Assembly (NCBI RefSeq): GCF_018350175.1
Contig: NC_058368.1
Coordinates: forward strand, 56,794,001-56,858,000
Reading direction: 5' to 3'
Source of the DNA: Felis catus
Lineage: Eukaryota
Length of the DNA: 64,000 bases
Below the pieces are notes generated by a model. It was given only the letters and a program-made list of their open reading frames with translations. It was not told the DNA's origin and did no database searches. The translations under genes were made by a program, and so were the position numbers. Positions 39,779 to 54,277 of this stretch are shown here, in pieces. The stretch's first letter is position 1. Each line of letters begins with the position of its first letter.

Positions 39779-39811
39779 GCTCATATAAATATATATAAAT
39801 ATATATATATA
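39681..39811. repeat. (TA)n microsatellite interrupted by a 45-nt insert
   Basis: Direct read. Confidence 0.95.
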
Positions 39812-40212
39812 TTCCTGGAGAATTTAATATTAAACTAATATTAATTTCTTATTACTATTTTAATATTAATTTAATATAAAATTTGTCATTTGTTTGCTAT
39901 TATTCTGCTCAGTGGTGTAGCTGAGTATCATGTAGCTGTACTTTTTATAGGTAGAAGATATCAGCTAATACAATACATATCTGTAGATACACAATAGAAT
40001 CGGGGGTTATATGCAGAAATAAAATAGTCATGATTATATAGATAAAAAAGATTACACTTAACCTATTTATTCAGAAACTTTATGTATGGGGGAAAATGAG
40101 CCAAATAATGAAATTATTGACTTCTCTAAGGCCTGAGTAATTTTATTCCCCACTCCCATGCTCCTTATAATGTGGTATCATAGCTCTCATAAAATCAATT
40201 GTTGAGAAAAGC

Positions 40213-40418
40213 ATTTTATTTTATTTTATTTTATTTTATTTTAGACAGAGAGAGAGCATGAGCAGTGTAGAGGGGCAGAGGGTGAGAGAGAGAATCTCAG
40301 GCAGGCTCCAAGCTCTGTGCAGAGCCCTATGTGGGGCTTGATCTCACAATCCTGAGATCATGATCTAAGCCGAAATCAAGAGTCAGACACTCAACCGACT
40401 GAGCCACCCAGGTGCCCC
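40213..40418 (-). mobile_element. CanSINE
   Basis: TSD gagaaaagcatttta / gagaaaagtatttta. Confidence 0.95.
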
Positions 40419-40700
40419 GAGAAAAGTATTTTAAAGTTCATGTATGTGTGTGCTTACTTTGCCTCTCTATCAACCAGTATATTTTTGCCGGTTCAATGCT
40501 ATGTGAAACTGAGCCAGCTTGATGTACTCAGACATCAGTGTATACCATGTTCTTGCTACATTTTAGCTATATTGTTCGATCATCGCTAAGCTTTTCATTA
40601 CAAGAATATTTACTATATGGAAAATAAAATGAGTCTACTGTACTGTTAAAGTCCAGTTAGTAGACAATAACATAGTTATCTAAGGAAAAGGAAGCATCTA

Positions 40701-41306
40701 TGTGGTGGACCATACCTTGTAACTTGCCACAAAGATGCCCAAGGGGGTTCCTAAAGGAAGTTTTCCACAGAAAGGAGGCTTGCTGACACCAGTTCACCCC
40801 CTTTGGAGCATCGGGGGAATCTGACCACAGAGTTACTGTATCACCTTAGGTACTAGCTTGAGGTGTGGGTGACAAAGACTTAAATCGGATTAATAATATG
40901 CAAATGCCTAATGTGCATAATCTTTCATGGGCACTCCTTAGATCAAGAGGCTCTAGATTTGTAACTTGTCTTGTATCTGTAAACTGGACAAGAGTTCATG
41001 ACTCTCCTTTATGACAAATATTGTCAAGTTTTTTGGCTAGCAACATAAGGCTCTCTCATTACACTGATTAATCTCTGGGCACTTTAATCAATTTACCGTT
41101 ACATAAGATATATATTGGCCAAGACATTCTGAGATGGGTACTTCCTGCTCCTTTCATGTGGATGTTCTCACCATGTTGTTGGCAGTTAACAATGGCACTT
41201 GGTCTCTGGAACCCAGGATCCCATAATCCCCAGTGAAATTGGGGAGCCCACTTCAATGGCAATATCTCATGTAGTTATACCTGGCTAGAAGTTGAGAATA
41301 ACCACA
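40701..41306. mobile_element. Putative solo LTR, family unassigned
   Basis: About 600-bp block of higher GC bounded by the inverted hexamer TGTGGT..ACCACA; no matching TSD seen. Confidence 0.4.
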
Positions 41307-42605
41307 GAATTTATCCAAGATGTGAGCAATCCCTTCACTTAGCTATTTCTTAATGCTTTACAGAAGGGAATGTCTTCTGGGACTTCTGCAGGCTTTAATA
41401 ATTCCATTTTGGGTACCAATGTATTCATATTCTGGAAGTAAACCTTTGTGTGTCCCAATGGCTTTCTCTGAAATTTGAATATATACATTCCTAAGTTTGG
41501 TGCATAACTCTCAACTCTTACCTTTCAATTAGACTATATGATTTAGGTCATTGTCTTTGGTTCTCTTTTCTTGAGAGGAGCAGTTTACCCTGACTTTTGC
41601 ATGGTTTTTATTTTACTGGCTCTTAATAAAGTTCATAAGAAAGTATGAATAAAGAACAATATCTGAATCCTTGCATATGTAGAAGTATATTTTATTTTTG
41701 CCCTCAATTTTAGTTGATATTGTACCATGCTATTAAATTCTACTAAATTAATATAATAAAGTATTAAATTAATATTTCCTCATAATTCCTAGTGTTTTTA
41801 CAATCCAGTGTAATTGGAAAAAATATCTACTATAAGTGAGATTCTTATTTATTTATAGATTAGCTATTTTTACTTTCCAGAAATCTTTAAAAATAAGTAA
41901 TTATTTTTAAAATGTAGTTTTTCAAGAACTAAAAGGAGGATACATTTTTATGCCAAGTGAGCTCAGTAAGCTCTTGGCATAATTTATGAAAAAAAGACAG
42001 TTATCAGAGTATAATAGACACATATGGCTCACGCACTTTCATGTGAAGAATAATATATGTATATATACACACATGCGTGTGTATATATATGTGTATATAT
42101 GTATATATCTCATATGTATATGTTTAGAGACAGGCAGAGACAAAGAAACAGGGGAAGAGAGAAGAAATTGACAGACATATGGGGAAAAATACATAAAGAT
42201 ATAAACTAGGTTGTTAACTTAAATCCTAAATTATCTGAAGCATGTAATGTATGGCAGTTGATCTGGGGACTATCGGGGTAGGTGGAAAACAAAGAAAAAA
42301 TTATGTAAAAAATAAGATTGGAGACATCATCAGGAGCCTCATTATATATAGTGTTTTAGGCCATGATGAGAATGTTAAGTGCATGGGAATTCACCAAAGC
42401 ATGTCAAAATGGGAGTAACACATTTGGATGTGTACTTAAGTAGGTCATGCTGGGTATGCAGAGAAGTCGATAGTATATGCAGGGAGAGGAGAATGGAGTG
42501 TATTAAGATAAAATGCGAAAAATCATGGAGTTTGGGGGAGCAAATAAAAATTGAAACAAGTAAATATATTTCAGAAAGCAGAAAATTAATAGACTAGACC
42601 TGGGA

Positions 42606-42790
42606 GAGGTGCCTGAGTGGCTCAGTAGGTTAAGCATCTGCCTTTGGCTCAGGTTACCAACTCGCAGTTTGTGGGCTTGAGCCCTGCCTCTAGCTCTGTG
42701 CTGACAGCTCAGAGCCTGGAACCTGCTTCGGATTCTGTCTCAGTCTCTCTTTGCCCCTCCCCCACTTGTTCTCTCCCTCCCTCCCTCTCT

Positions 42791-42841
<51 letters not shown>

Positions 42842-42864
42842 ATAAATAAAAACATTTAAAAAAC
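42606..42864 (+). mobile_element. CanSINE (older, outer element)
   Basis: Outer TSD aatagactagacctggga at 42588-42605 and 43090-43107. Confidence 0.95.
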
Positions 42865-42865
42865 T

Positions 42866-43088
42866 GGGGCGCCTGGGTGGCGCAGTCGGTTAAGCTTCCG
42901 ACTTCAGCCAGGTCACGATCTCGCGGTCCGGGAGTTCGAGCCCCGCGTCGGGCTCTGGGCTGATGGCTCAGAGCCTGGAGCCTGTTTCCGATTCTGTGTC
43001 TCCCTCTCTCTCTGCCCCTCCCCCATTCATGCTCTGTCTCTCTCTGTCCCAAAAATAAATAAACATTGAAAAAAAAATTAAAAAAAAT
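42866..43088 (+). mobile_element. Young Felis-type CanSINE in the tail of the preceding SINE
   Basis: CpG-rich body ggggcgcctgggtggcgcagtcggttaag..ccccgcgtcgggctctgggctgatgg. Confidence 0.97.
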
Positions 43089-43398
43089 GAATAGACTAGA
43101 CCTGGGATACACTGAATCTAGAGAATAAATGAAGGTGGTAATAGCAGTGACTTTGGGTTGTTAGTAAGACACATAGGAATAAACAGGTGGATATAAAAAT
43201 AGTGTCTTATAGGTTTGAACCATGATAAATAGGGCTGGTGATAACTGAAAAAAAATGCAAATGGAATTTTGAGTTAGCTTAATTTTGAGTTAGCTGTTAG
43301 AATCCAAGTTTTAGAAGTCATATCTGGGGCTAGAGGTAGTCAGATAATTATTTCCTGAAAACAGTGATGTCAAAATTGCAATAGAAAGGATACATACC

Positions 43399-43620
43399 GG
43401 GGCGCCTGGGTGGCTCAGTCATTTGAGCGTCCGACTTTGGCTCAGGTCATGATCTCACGGTTCGTGGGTTTGAGCCCTGCATCAGGCTCTGTGCTAACAG
43501 CTCAGAGCCTGGAGCCTGCTTCAGATTCTGTGTCTCCCTCTCTCTCTTCTCCTCCCCCCACTCATGCTCTTTCTCTCAAAAAAAAAAAAATAAATAAATA
43601 AACATTAAAAAAATTTTTTT
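43399..43620 (+). mobile_element. CanSINE
   Basis: TSD aaaggatacata. Confidence 0.95.
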
Positions 43621-46239
43621 AAAGGATACATAGGAGTTAGTCAAATAAAATTACTCTTTAGTATGATATTCTGGACTATTCTTAAACAGCTTCCTCCGTT
43701 CATTTTAGGCTTATCTCCAAATAGTCATTGCTCTGATCCCTCTGTTCCATCAATATTGATTTGTTCATTCTTTCAGAATGAATTGCTGTGTGCTACATCA
43801 TCCACATTTAATTTGCCATTATAATGAGAATATTAATAAATCATTCACTGAGATGGGTTGATATTAGTCATGCATTTTTGCATTTATTATGAATCCCTAC
43901 TTAATATAAAATAGGTATGACTATATTCCCTCTATAAAACAATTTCTAATATCTTATATACAGTATGTAAGTATGTGATTTATCAATATTTTAAGCTGTA
44001 AAACGAGATTACAAACACAAACTTCTGATTTAGAATTCCATGGGTATATTTTTAAATCATTTTAATGGTACATTGCAGAATTCAAAGTAAAACACATCTA
44101 AGTCTCTGTAGCTTATGTTTTAAAATCCATACACAACATTCTCACTTTGTTAATGTTAATTCTAGATACTTATCGCATGAGTTTACAGATAAAGTTTGTT
44201 AAATTAGGAAGGAAATACACAGGTTAAATAGTATTGAAATGTAATTTTTTTGTGGTGGAGGTGGCAAGCACCATCTGTATCTTGCTGATGGATTTCTAGC
44301 ATCCTGCTTTAACCAAAGGATGATGCAATGCATTTCAGTAAACTAAAGGGTAGTCTACTTATGTGGAATGTCAGAGTGTAGAGAATGTCTTCATTTTCTT
44401 ATATGTCACCAGTTGTGTCTTATTTCTTTCATCATCCTTTATGCAGTGGTGAAGGTGGCCATGTAACTGATTGATAGCCCCATCAATTGAAGTCTTAATA
44501 TTTTTTTCACTTTTATCAATTCTTGATTCTTTCAAAGTTTTCAGTTATCTTTTATAATTCCCTACATTGTCATTTAATTTGCAAAACATATTAAATACAG
44601 TTATTCAAAGTTCTTATTTGAATATGCTAATATCTGATCAGAATGTCTGAATACTTTTCATCTGTTTCTATTATTCTCTTTTTTTTAGTCAGTTGTGCAT
44701 TTGTGTATTTTTTTTCCTTATTCAATGCTAGATGTAATTGCTTACTTATACAGAAACATTTAGAGCACAAGATACTATTTTCTACACCCAAAAATGAATT
44801 TTTTGTGTCTGCTAAGGAGCGAAAGAGGAACAAACACTTAAAATCAATCAGGATATAAATGACTTAATCTAGGTTTCAGGCTTTAGGATGGTTGTTAAAT
44901 TTTCAATTCAGTCTTACTCCTAATTTGTCTCAACTGAAAAGTCCAGGGTGCTTTCTCGAACTCTTTTTTGGTATCCACTGAAGTGAAGGTTTTGCCTTAG
45001 CCGCAAGAGCTTTTCAAAATCTCTGCTTTTTAGTCTCCCAGCTACCACTTTACAGTTTGCAGATGCCTTGAGGTGAAAGTAGTACTAAATAAAAAGCCCA
45101 CGTGCTTGAATTTTCTTTTTTCTAGCCTCTTGCAACACAAGTCCTTTTGTCTTCAATGTTTTCAAGAAAGTTTTATTCACTCTTTTGTTTTATCTTTTTA
45201 ATTTTTAGTATTTCTAGTTTTTTAATAGGTGAGTTATTCTGAAAAAAATAATTTCTCAAATCAGATCATTATAACTGAATATTTATTTACACTTAAACTT
45301 CAGATAATTAGAGCTACATTATAGTCATTACATGTCACATATTTAATCCAGTTTGAGAGAAGGGAACTCAGAATTCTTGGGCTTGCTCTATCTGGGTTTG
45401 GCTTTTATCAAATGGAATTTACTATAATCAGAAACACAGGAAGCTCACAAATTTATTAAATGAGTTTTGTTGGTGAAGAGCCCAGCCTCCAGTAGGGCTA
45501 AAAGGGACTGGAAATTTTTAGAATATAAAAAGGTCTCTCACTCCCTGATTTTCCAGGAATAGAAATCAACTTGAGAAAGCTGTCTTTTACCATAGGCAAT
45601 TTTTTTCAAAAGTAACTAATGAGGGCAATGAACAAAGAGTATCCCAAAGGATCTGCAACAATACTAAATCAACTTTCATTCTTGTGTGCTGATATGCTTC
45701 TATTTGAAACTTGAAATGATGAAACTATAAATTAAAAGCATCACTGTGGTTTTGAGTATGTGGTGCTCCAGATCTCCCAGGATAGAGTGTCACTATCTCA
45801 AAAGAGAGTCATTCATCTCAGTGCCATATCATTTTGTCTATAACCCATACATTCTGGCAACATAAGAACATTTAAATTTATTTTTTATTGAGTTTACATA
45901 AATTTTACATGCCATTGTTAAGGGTGAACACTAAACATTTTTTTAAGCACTTAATCCAGGTACAGGCCACTCTGGTTACTCTGGTTACAGATTCCTATAG
46001 ATGATACATTTCTACTTATTTTAATACCAACTAATGTCTTCAATTAGCTTGATTTTGATACCTAAGAATTACAGAACTGCAGACATGAATGGGGTTGTCT
46101 TCAAATTATTTTTGAAAAAACAAAAAAGAATATCCCACAAAGAAAAATCAAGAGTACTTAAGTCAGTGCACTGGAGAGACACATCCAGGAGGCAGAAAGG
46201 AGGTCTATTCGTGCAACACTCTCACTGTTGGGATAGACT

Positions 46240-47085
46240 CACCTGGCAATATATGTTCCGGTGTATTTCAGAATTTCTCCATAGAAATCCATAGTGACTG
46301 CTTTGTAACCCTCATTCTCTCCCATGATGAATGAATATCTGTTGTGGTTATCCTGTCTCTGTTTCATCACTGTATCTTGGGTGTATTGGGTGACAGATCA
46401 ATTGTCTTCTTAAATCATAGGTCCCCAGGTCAAGAAATGATGCATCTAAACAATTCCATCTGTACTAATGTAGATCATAAGATTTTGGATTTTTAACTTG
46501 ATGCCATGATTGGATGTCTCCTTAGATATTCTTGAGGTAAATTTTGGGGACCATGGGGCAGAGCATGATAAATTGGCTTCTCCTTGTATCTCATGACCCA
46601 TGCCATTTGAATTTATATTTACATTAAGTGGTATCTGTTTTGCTCTGCAGATGAATCTGGGCTAAACTTATGGTTTGCTTTGACCAATATGATGAGTCAG
46701 AAGTGATAGAATATCAATGAGTCATATAAGTCTAGGCCTTTAAGGCCTTGTGTATTTTATATTGCTCCCCAGGATATTTACCATGCCATGAGAACAAGGC
46801 CATCTGTCTGACAGCCAGCCAACTTCCACACCTGGATGCTATTGTAGATCAGCCAGGCTGCAGTATTCTTGCCATCTTAACCCTAAGGCATGAGTGAGCA
46901 CAGCAGAAGCCAGAAGAACAACTAAAACCATTAGGTTAGCATATTGGGCTAGTAGGTTTATTAATAACAAAATTAATAATAAATATGATATTTATTTATT
47001 ATTTTATAATAATAAAATGAATTAAAGTTCATTTTTAGATCTACAAAATTTGGGTATGGTTGTTATGCAGCAATAAATAATACAC
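46240..47085 (+). mobile_element. MaLR internal 3' end plus LTR (old MLT1)
   Basis: ctgttgtggttatcctgtctctgtttcatcactgtat (int); tggtttgctttgaccaatatgatg..ctaggcctttaaggccttg..tttgggtatggttgttatgcagcaata (LTR). Confidence 0.75.
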
Positions 47086-47274
47086 ATTCATCTTTTTTGA
47101 GATTATTGATATTATTGTCTCAGAGATTTAAAATATAGTTACTTTAAATGTTTGAAGTGTATATATCATATATGTATCATATGAGAGAATTTCATTGTCA
47201 TGTGCTCAAACTGACTGAGGACTGAGGATTTATATTAAATTAGAAAATCACCTTCAGATGCAATATCTGATTAA

Positions 47275-47342
47275 TAGATATAGATATAGATATAGATATA
47301 GATATAGATATAGATATAGATATAGATTTTGTGTGTGTGTGT
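47275..47342. repeat. (ATATAG)n hexanucleotide repeat plus (TG)n
   Basis: Direct read. Confidence 0.95.
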
Positions 47343-47812
47343 AGTTTTTTGTTTTTTTCTCAGGTTTTCTTATTTATAAGTTCTTACATTTTAGAACATG
47401 ATCTCAGAATGACTTCATGCATGTAACATTATTATTGGTCATTATCTTTTTTGCATATAAAATTTTCCATTATATGTCCCATGAACTTTAGAAAATCTTG
47501 TATTTGTCAGCCATATTTGTGTACCTTATATGCAGGTTTAGATTAAAATTCTATCTCCTAATAAATAACATAAATAATTATCTGAATTCCATTTTTTTCT
47601 TGTTGACCATCTGTTACTTTAAACTCTTTTGGGGCATTTAATTTTATCTGTAACATAATCTACATTTTGAGATTTTATTACATATTCTTGATGTGTCACT
47701 TAAGTTTGTCAAATTGGCCTTTCCCTAGAGCACAAACCACATACAATTCATTATCATGAAGCAAAGCCTGACTCATGAAAACTAAATAGTACATAAATAA
47801 ACTATGCCATAC

Positions 47813-47900
47813 TTTTATTTTTTTTTAATTTTTTTAAAGTTTATTTATTTATTTTGAGAGAGGGAGAGAGGGAGAAGGAGAGAATGAGCAGGAGAGGGGC

Positions 47901-47934
<34 letters not shown>

Positions 47935-48059
47935 TCCCAAGCAGGCTCCATATTGTCAGCACAGAGCCCAATGTGGGGCTTAAACTCAAACCATGGGATC
48001 ATCAGCTGAGCTGAAATTAAGAGTTGGACACTTAGCCTACCGAGCCACCAAAAGGCACC
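47813..48059 (-). mobile_element. CanSINE abutting the RPSA pseudogene head-to-head
   Basis: Antisense SINE body; its 5' end merges into the RPSA start. Confidence 0.93.
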
Positions 48060-48061
48060 AA

Positions 48062-48629
<568 letters not shown>

Positions 48630-48984
48630 TGCATTCGTGGGCCGCTTCACCTTCTCCAAGGAAAGACCCCAGATACCACTGGGCTCCCAGCACCTCCCGC
48701 TTTTAAAATATGTGTTAGATATACTTTTCTAACATGATTTCGAAAAGTTGTGGTTTAATTTCTCAAGATTTTATATAATATTATATAATAAATTGGTTAT
48801 CATGTTGTGTTATTTGGAACATACAAAATGACTGATGTAGTGAATCCTACAAATACTGACAGATGAACATGCAGTTATCCCCCACCTCTGTGACTTCAAC
48901 CACAGCAGATCAATTTAAACTTAAACAATATAAAATCCCTCTCTGTCGCTGTCTCTATCCCTGTCTCTGTCTTTCTGTCTCTTG

Positions 48985-48994
48985 CACACATACA

Positions 48995-49046
<52 letters not shown>
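48985..49046. repeat. (CA)n microsatellite
   Basis: Direct read. Confidence 0.95.
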
Positions 49047-49047
<1 letters not shown>

Positions 49048-49976
49048 ATTGTGAAAGAAACTCTATTTCTAGGTAAATACTCTGATACTCTGTGACCTCT
49101 GATGTTCAGTGTGTCCATAGCAAAAGCATTTTTACCTTGGTAAATGGCAATTCAGATAAAGATTATAATAGCCTAAATTTAGCCTATTTTTTGAGCATGT
49201 AAGTCATAGTCATTAGAATGTTAACAGAAGTGGTAAATGTAAATCCATATGTGCCCTTCAGTGGTAGGGTATGCCTTCTGACCTCCCCATCTACCATCTT
49301 CTCTGGTATGTAATCAAAAGTCACACACTGGACTCCCCTCTGTTCGTTCAGTATGCCAGCTGTATTCCCACCATAGGGCCATTTCACTGACTCTTAATTC
49401 TTGCCTCCAAAGTCCATAGGCATAAATACCTCACCTCTTTCTAGTCATGGCTCAACTATTATCTCCATAGGGAGCTATATGAAGATAGCCAATTCACTAA
49501 TTTCAACATTTATTTAAACAACTATTGCATGAGAAGGACATAATTAAGATTAATGTTGCAGTATTTCATTTGTGAAATAGTATGGGTTTGGCCCAACTCA
49601 TTGGTAGTCATGATGGATATAAAGGGACGTATAAGAGAAATGTTAAGGTGTGCACAACTTAGATCTTAGTGAAAAATTGGATTCAGAGAACTGAACAAGA
49701 AAATTTCTAGACTCACACCCTTATTTATAGTTTTGATCGTTCAGTTCATGGTATTAATAGGAAAGGGAGTAAGTTTTAAAGAAAAATAATTAATATAAGT
49801 GGGAATTCTTTCATGACCCAAGTTTAATCTGTTAAAATAACATTTGACTATCATATATTAACATTTTTCCTTTTTAAAAAGTTTCACTGTTATTGATGTA
49901 GTTCAAGTTATACATCTATTTATATATGTATCTAATCACTAGTGACTCAGTACTAAAGTTTAAGTAAGACTGTATT

Positions 49977-50165
49977 GGGGTGCCTGGGTGGCTCAGTCAG
50001 TTAAGCATCTGGTTCTTGATTTTGGCTCAGGTCATGATCTCGCAGTTCTTGGGATCAAGACCTGTCTTGGGTTTCACACCATCTTGGTAGTCTCTCTCTT
50101 TCTGCCACTCCCCTGCTTGCACTTTTGCTCTCAAGGTAAATAAATAATCATTAAAAAAAAAAAAG
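49977..50165 (+). mobile_element. CanSINE, diverged
   Basis: ggggtgcctgggtggctcagtcagttaagcatc head and A tail. Confidence 0.92.
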
Positions 50166-50337
50166 AATAAACTGAATCTATGTGCCTAGGGGGAAAATGT
50201 AAATTATATTGTAAAAAATAATGAAATTTGAATATGTCATTATTTTCATATGTCCAGAAAATTGATGATCTAGTATTACAATACCACATTTTTGTAATAT
50301 ACAACATTAGTGTGATTATCTCAGAAAGTATATCCTT

Positions 50338-50808
50338 GTATTAGTCAATTTGCCAGGTGGATATTGTTGGCACATTCAAATTGGTGTAACTTGAAAAGAG
50401 CATAATAAAGGGAAATATTTCAGGGGAGTAGGCACGGCATGGGGAAAACATAAGGCATAATTCAGTAGCCTGGAGATTAGCGTTAACAGAGATGTAATTC
50501 TCCCAAAGAGAGGGAGAAGGTTGTTACCAAACCCCAAGGGAGAGAACCTTCAGAGGAATAGTTCATAACTTACAGATGAGGGACACAGCCAAACCCAGGT
50601 GATCCTGCAGGGGAAAGATAAGAGAGTATCCTGCATTCACTTCCCTGCTCTAATCTCTTAGCAGATTTACCTTTAATCAAACCAAGAAGCCCCAGGACAA
50701 AGAAAACTATTGATACAGCTTATTTAGATCAGTTTCCCAGGACAGTGAGTCAGCAGAGAGAAACTTCTAGAGTAAATATGAGAGGATACATAGAAGATGG
50801 CCAGCACA
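50338..50808 (-). mobile_element. ERVL solo LTR (LTR41-like)
   Basis: tgtattagtc..ggcacattcaaattgg..taataaaggg..gaagatggccagcaca; TG..CA ends. Confidence 0.7.
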
Positions 50809-52559
50809 ATCTTTTTGAAGTTTGCTATTTGCCAATATAAATATGTTAAGAAAATTTCCCCAAGTTAGGAAACTGTAGCCTGTGATGATATATGTATAAC
50901 ATAAACTTACACATACAACTACATTTCTCAAATTTTCTGAAATTCTCAAAAGGCAAGCATCAATTAATGCCTGCATATTTTTGAACATTAATATAATACA
51001 GCACACTATTAAAATACAGTGCATTTTGTGCATTAATATGTTTTCAGTGAAAATTATCTATATTTCCAAAATGAAACCAATGTATTTTTTGAGTCACAAC
51101 AGCATCAGAATTTTGGTGAAAATATTCAATGCCTATATTTGCCTTCAAAAGAGCTTACTAAAATACCGTCAAAGGGAGAGAATTTTGATTTTCATTTTTT
51201 GAAATATATTTTTTCACATACTAATTTCATATATTTAGTTCATGTGAAAAAAGCTTAAGTTCTTTTATTAACTAGTCAAGACAAAAACTTATTATTAGAG
51301 TGTGGAAATTTTATTTGGTAAGAAGAAACATTTTGCATCTATTAAATAGTATTAAACAGTGAAGTGTTTCAAAGTTGCTTTAACAGAGAAAAATATAATA
51401 CACATAATAACAGAATAAGAGAGAAAGGGCAATGGGCTCCTACTTTACCACCATGGTGCTAAAGTTATACTTATTGATTGCCTAGTTTTTATTACCTTTC
51501 CTAATATCGGTAGCCTAAATGGTGTGGCTATTGGAATTTAAATTATAAACTAGAGAAGAATGTTTGCTTTTACTGTAGCCCCAACTTAGAAATCATAAAT
51601 CCAAGTATACAGAACAAAAATTTAACTACTTTATTTTCCGACTTCCATCACTCACCCTTCTAGCATGCTTGTAAACAGCATCATTCTCATTGTTGCATCT
51701 TGGACTATCCCATGCCTTGACCAGTCCTCAATGCAATTTCCCCATTGTCCAATTTCATGTTCCTTTTCCTCTCATCACTGTATTTCATGGTGGATAATGT
51801 TACACATTTGGTTGTATATGTATAGTTTCTCTACTGTTTTGAGTCTAAGCACAGTTCCTTAGGAGTTAGGAAGAAAATCACAAATTTATTTATATTCCCC
51901 ACCTATTACTTTATGGTTTCTAATTACAAAGATCTATAGAGTTATTGGCCAGAATCCTTTTTTAGCCTTGTTTTTTACTTCTGTAGTTTCAGATTTTTTC
52001 TGTCCTTAAAACTTTCATCCAAAGACTGGTCCTTTCCTTCACTCTCAGGAGATTATCTTGCTTACTAGTCACAGAAATACAAAATACAAAATAAGAAATA
52101 AAGTAAAATAAAATAAAATAAAATAAAATAAAATAAAAGCATATGATAAAATAAAATTAAATGAAAAATAAAATACTATCAGATACAATTTACTTTTCTT
52201 TCCCCAAAAAGCCTTACAAACTTTGTGCATCTGCATGTATCTTCTCTGCCTCCATCACCTGCAGTTGGAGACATTGTTCTGCTGGAGCAGATGCCTTCCA
52301 CCCTTCTCAGAGTCGCAGCAGTACGTATCCACTGACATTTTCTTCAGCCACTCTGTTACCAAATTCCTTTTTATCAGCATCTGAACATCTTCACATATTT
52401 TTCATCTTAAACAAAATCCTGATCTTCAACAGAAATAGCCAAATAAAAGTGTTCTCCTAAGAGTAAGATTTTGTTCACATCATTTATTCTATCCAATTTT
52501 ACTTGATCTTTTGCTTTCTCTTTTAGGCATATCTATGAAGACAGTATAGTCATTATTGG

Positions 52560-53220
52560 CATGACTATAAAATAAACATTTTTTTAAGTCACTGAGATAT
52601 TTGGGCCTGCTTTTTACTCCAGAACAATCTAATATATCTGACCTGGTACAGAAAATTATTCCTGGAAATAAAATAGTGTAATAAAAAATGAGTAGATGGG
52701 GGCGCCTGGGTGGCGCAGTCGGTTAAGCGTCCGACTTCAGCCAGGTCACGATCTCGTGGTCCGTGAGTTTGAGCCCCGTGTCAGGCTCTGGGCTGATGGC
52801 TCAGAGCCTGGAGCCTGTTTCCGATTCTGTGTCTCCCTCTCTCTCTGCCCCTCCCCCATTCATGCTCTCTCTCTGTCCCAAAAATTAAAAAAACGTTGAA
52901 AAAAAATTTAAAAAAAAATGAGTAGATGTATGGCATTGGGTTAAATACCAGCATGCAGACCTCAAGGAAATCGTTTTAGTGGATGGATTCATGGTGATCC
53001 ATGTTAGGCAGTATACAACATTGATAAAACTGCTGACAGAGATAACTCAGGATGCAGATCATGTACCAAATAAACATCTAAAGGAGAAAAGAATGATATC
53101 ATATGTTGGTTTCTGGAAGATGCATTTAATAAGATAATTCCAATAAGATATGATCTCAGAAAACAAATTGGCTCATTTTCAAGCAGAGGAAAAGAGTAAT
53201 AGAGGGGATCCAAAAACTTT
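52560..53220 (+). mobile_element. MaLR LTR 3' part plus start of internal region, split by a SINE
   Basis: aataaacatttttttaagtcactgagatatttggg..tgacctggtaca followed by gaaaatt..tatggcattggg. Confidence 0.6.
52698..52912 (+). mobile_element. Young Felis-type CanSINE
   Basis: Perfect TSD aaaaaatgagtagatg at 52683-52698 and 52913-52928. Confidence 0.97.
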
Positions 53221-53254
53221 GAGGTATTGATGGTTTTTCAACATCAAATACTAA

Positions 53255-53368
53255 ATGTATATATTATATATATGTATATATATTATATATACACACATAT
53301 ATATGTATATATGTATAAGATATTAAGTACATATATATGTGTATATGTATATATACGTATAATGTATG
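53255..53368. repeat. TA-rich low-complexity tract
   Basis: Direct read. Confidence 0.9.
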
Positions 53369-53824
53369 AAGTGAAAAAGGTAATTAGATCTCTGCCTCAG
53401 TAGGAAGAATTAAAGAGTTGCACTTCTGCACGAACTTTAAAGTTTCTCAATATATTATGACAGTAGTACAAAGTAAATTATTTCAGATGGAAAAAATGCT
53501 CAGGGAAAAGCAACTGTAACCTGGATGATAGAGAGGGCAGTGCTTGGTGCCAGCATTTCATCTCTTCCAAACAATCTTAACTCACTATAATCTGACCTTT
53601 TTGCTTACTGCTTCTCCAAAACAGTCTTCTTCAGGATATCAATATGTTCTTTGTCATTTTCTCTAACAGATATCTTTTTGGCTTATTCTCATTGATGTCT
53701 TGTTACAACTGGCAGTATTGCTTATGTACTTCTTGATGTTCTTCTTTTGGTCTCGATGACTCCATATTCTGGTTTCCCTCTTAGCTATGGCCCATTTATT
53801 GTTATTACACCTATGCTCACCCCT

Positions 53825-54231
53825 TTTGTAGTTGTCCCAAGGTCCTTGGGCATTCTGTTCTGTTTTTTTCCACTTTGTTTTCTTTGCTTCAGTTTTCAAG
53901 TCTTCTACCGGTATATCCTCTAGTTCAGAAATTCTTTCCTCAGCCAAGTCCAGTCTACTAGAAAGCCCATGAAAGGCATTGTTCATTTCTATTACTGTGT
54001 TGTTGTTTTTTTTTTAATTTTTTTTAACGCTTATTCATTTTTGAGAGACAGAGAGAGAGAGAGCATGAGCGGGGAAGGGGCAGAGAGAGAGGGAGACACA
54101 GAATCTGAAACAGGCTCCAGGCTCTGAGCTGTCAGCACAGAGCCCCACGCGGGGCTTGAACTCACGAACTGCGAGATCATGACCTGAGCCGAAGTTGGAT
54201 GCTCAACCGACTGAGCCACCCAGGCGCTCCA

Positions 54232-54277
<46 letters not shown>

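Noticed and set aside
42690..43112. 140-aa ORF and the many MAQSVK..LTAQSLEPASDSVSPSL ORFs
   Set aside because: They are translations of SINE bodies and their microsatellites.
45205..45234. Plus-strand AG|GTGAGT recursive-like motif
   Set aside because: Competing AGs lie just upstream in T-rich, probably L1-derived sequence. It shows that such motifs arise by chance.
53663..53986. 107-aa coiled-coil ORF
   Set aside because: It is a decayed L1 ORF1 fragment interrupted upstream by a SINE; there is no sign of domestication.
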